Assembly: GCA_010356995.1 (NCBI GenBank)
Contig: ML996688.1
Location: forward strand, 310,001-374,000
Length of the DNA stretch: 64,000 nucleotides
Reading direction: 5' to 3'
From: Trichodelitschia bisporula
Lineage: Eukaryota
In this document: piece after piece, positions 61,498 to 64,000 of the stretch
Layout: the number at the start of each line of letters is the position of its first letter
Numbering within the stretch: the stretch's first letter is position 1
Notes under the pieces: generated by a model
Databases searched by the model: none
The model's input: only the letters and a program-made list of their open reading frames with translations
Told to the model about the DNA's origin: nothing
Position numbers and translations under genes: made by a program

Positions 61498-64000
61498 TTC
61501 TACTGCGTGGAATGAAGCACAATCCTAGCCAGCCTTGGATGTACATTCGAACTCCTTTGGGATAGTATCGGGTTCCGTCTGGGATTGCGGGTGCAGTATT
61601 AAAGGGACGCTGCACCTGAGCATCGAAGCCAAACGAAACGCATTGATAAACATGAATTCATGGCTCAAACCCCCGCGCAAACGTGACATCTTCCCGGAAG
61701 TTGGGGTATGATTTACCGAAAAGAGGCATCGTAGCCGCGCCTGAAGTCGAGCAGAAGAAAGGGTAATCGTCTCTAGATTCCGGTAGTTGTCAAATTGCGT
61801 CTCAAGACGCCGTGAGCTAGGGCTTTGGTTGCTGGTTGGGTGTTGCGTCGCGTCTTCAGGAACAGCACAAGGCGTACTGGGGAATGGGGATACATTTCAC
61901 ACGCCGTTCGTAGTCATCGGACTTTTGCTTTGTTCCGATCAAGCCTTTCGGGACTTGGTTCACCTGTGCGGAATAAGTATCTCTTTAGAAGGCATTCATC
62001 CCGGGTGTTTCAATTCGTGTCAAAGGTGGGGGGCCTGCGCATTGTTTGGGTAGGTTACAAGTGAGAGGACTAACGATCGATCTCAGTGATAGAGGAACAC
62101 AGCATTAACGTCAAGGCCTAGAGCTTTCACTTCAGCAAGCCTACGAGCTCTCTCCCGGGATTCAACGCCAGAAGCGTGTTCAACAACGCGGGCTCAACCT
62201 GTGCAGCAGTGGCGGGTATGGAGTGAGGAGGCAAAGGCACCAGTACTACGTGCTGCAGAAGCCGTGTTCTCATAATAGTTTGATAGTGAGAGTGTAAGCG
62301 AGCTGAGAAGTTGCTCTGGTGGACAGGAAAAAGGTTATTGGAAGCGGAGGTGGCAGCGCAGACGCTCCAGGTACGGGATGTCAGCGACGCACAAGGGAGG
62401 GGTAAGGAGCTAAGGTGACGTTTCGTGCCTTCTCCCCAAACCCACTCCGAGAGGGAAGAGGAGCCTTGGAAGGTGTGACGACAGCCCCATGATGACTTCC
62501 AAGACGCAATCACCCGTCATCGTCAACTTCATCTCTATCGCCAATTCTTCATCCGCAACCCGAACGCACTTCAATGCTCGCCTCTTTTCGCGCCTACCGT
62601 CATCAATTGGTCAAAGCATCAAGTACGGACCCCCACCTGATGGAAGCAAAGTCCCAGCTTCTGCGACCTTGAGCCCGTTCTCCCGACGGACGGGGTCGGC
62701 AAAAGTAATCCAATTCCCAGACCCCACGCAGACGAGTTCCTGGGCTTTAGGGCTATCATCGGGGGTCACCTTTAGCTGGCCGCAATAACCCAATGCAATG
62801 GAGGTGCTCTCCCTCAGGGGTGGTTGTCGGGTCTGAGTGGACTGTGAGAGAGCCCGTGGCGTTGCCGTCTCAAACCGGGGAACCATTCCGCTGACATGGG
62901 ACGGGTCGACAGCCTGACGGTGGCGTGCATTCTGAGCTCGCGCTCGTGCCGGGGAACGGGGAAGAGGATGCGAAAGAGGCACGGCCTGCGACGCGGACCC
63001 GCGCGCGCCTTGGTACTGCAACACGAGCGAGCTGATAGCGCCGCAACCTAGCGGTAGTGGTTCGGGACAACCTCCTAGTTGTGGTGTTGCGTGAATGCAC
63101 TCATTATCCGCCAGCATGCAGTAAAATTGCCCGGAAGAGGCGTAGCATTCGTCTTTCATCAATCGCTCACCGGACTCGAGGATCAAGACCAACTGGCTGT
63201 ACGGTAGCGAGAACGCGCGGGCCTAGAGCGGCTTCGTCTATACCGTACACTGCTGAACATCCCATTCTCCGCAACCACTGGCGCAAGGCGGTTCTAATTG
63301 CAGACGCCTTGTATACGGAGAATACGCCCGTTGCAACGCCAACTCTTTTCCCCGGCAATCCAACTCCCGGCTAATTCCATTGCGCTGGTACACGGGCGCG
63401 TTTGATGGTCGTTCCCTGTTCCCCATGACGACTAGCGAGATGAGCAGCAACAGGCCCTGGCAACAATCGGAGATTTTATGCCGTAAGTCAATGTTCAAAT
63501 GGTCCGCGCAGTGACAGTCAGCAGGGGGCATCACGGGCTCACTCGGTAGCGCAAAAGCCGAAGGCCATTGCGGTTTGTAAAGAAAGCTTCAACAAGTGTG
63601 CTGGACTACCCGGGACTCAACTGATGCTACGCTTCCCTGGTTTCTACTTCCATGCTGTACGGTTTCACAACCGGCCGTTGGCTGGGGTTGGTGGCATCGC
63701 TCTCGATGCCCGGGTGGACCATGCGAGCTTGTGTCCTTCCCCGCCTGCAACTGGTTGCAGCCCTTTCAACCTTGGCATAGCCGTCCGGGGCCTTCCACTC
63801 GGTCGGGACGCCATCAACAGCCAGCCGTGGATTGGGGTCGCCTCGCCCCAGTGGCTTGGTGTAGGTCAACAGGGTGTATCCTAGCGTAAAGCCCGTCTGG
63901 GGGCGTCCACGCCTAAGCTGGGGTCTTTACGGATTAGATTGGTCACCTTGCTCTTGTCAACGACGCCCATTGGATGTATTGGCCAGGTATGTGAAGCCTA

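Noticed and set aside
56300..64000. Transposon or viral remnants in the gene-poor end
   Set aside because: No RT, integrase, transposase or helicase motifs, no LTR or TIR pairs with target-site duplications, and no AT-rich heavily RIP-mutated block were seen.

Overview
Eukaryotic DNA from a filamentous ascomycete (Pezizomycotina; possibly a Dothideomycete, not certain), judged from short GT..CTAAC..AG introns and fungal-type orthologues. Positions 1-56.2 kb are gene-dense and mostly housekeeping. In order: TRM44 (truncated by the window), GNA1, a NIPA/DUF803 transporter, VMA4, CHS5, FUM1, SMC5, RIT1, HAP5/hapE, a presequence-less MDH, an intron-containing tRNA-Leu(CAG), TRS33, NEW1/elf1, a histidine acid phosphatase, a MINDY deubiquitinase, a DUF2423 protein, a SIZ1-type SUMO ligase, a ccg-9-type trehalose synthase/phosphorylase and TUP1/rco-1. 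Three spliced genes could not be assigned. The last ~7 kb has no intact gene. It holds a degenerate 163-bp duplication and what looks like a decayed ~1000-codon spliced gene on the minus strand. I found no transposase, rRNA, CRISPR array or secondary-metabolite cluster, and no clearly novel multi-gene system. The best leads are a fumarase with both a mitochondrial presequence and a C-terminal PTS1 (-AKL), the hidden pseudogene, a fully open intron giving DUF2423 an alternative C-terminus, a repeat-built ~1330-aa orphan, and a G-rich to C-rich switch at many gene boundaries. All calls come from motif recognition and manual translation; no searches were run.
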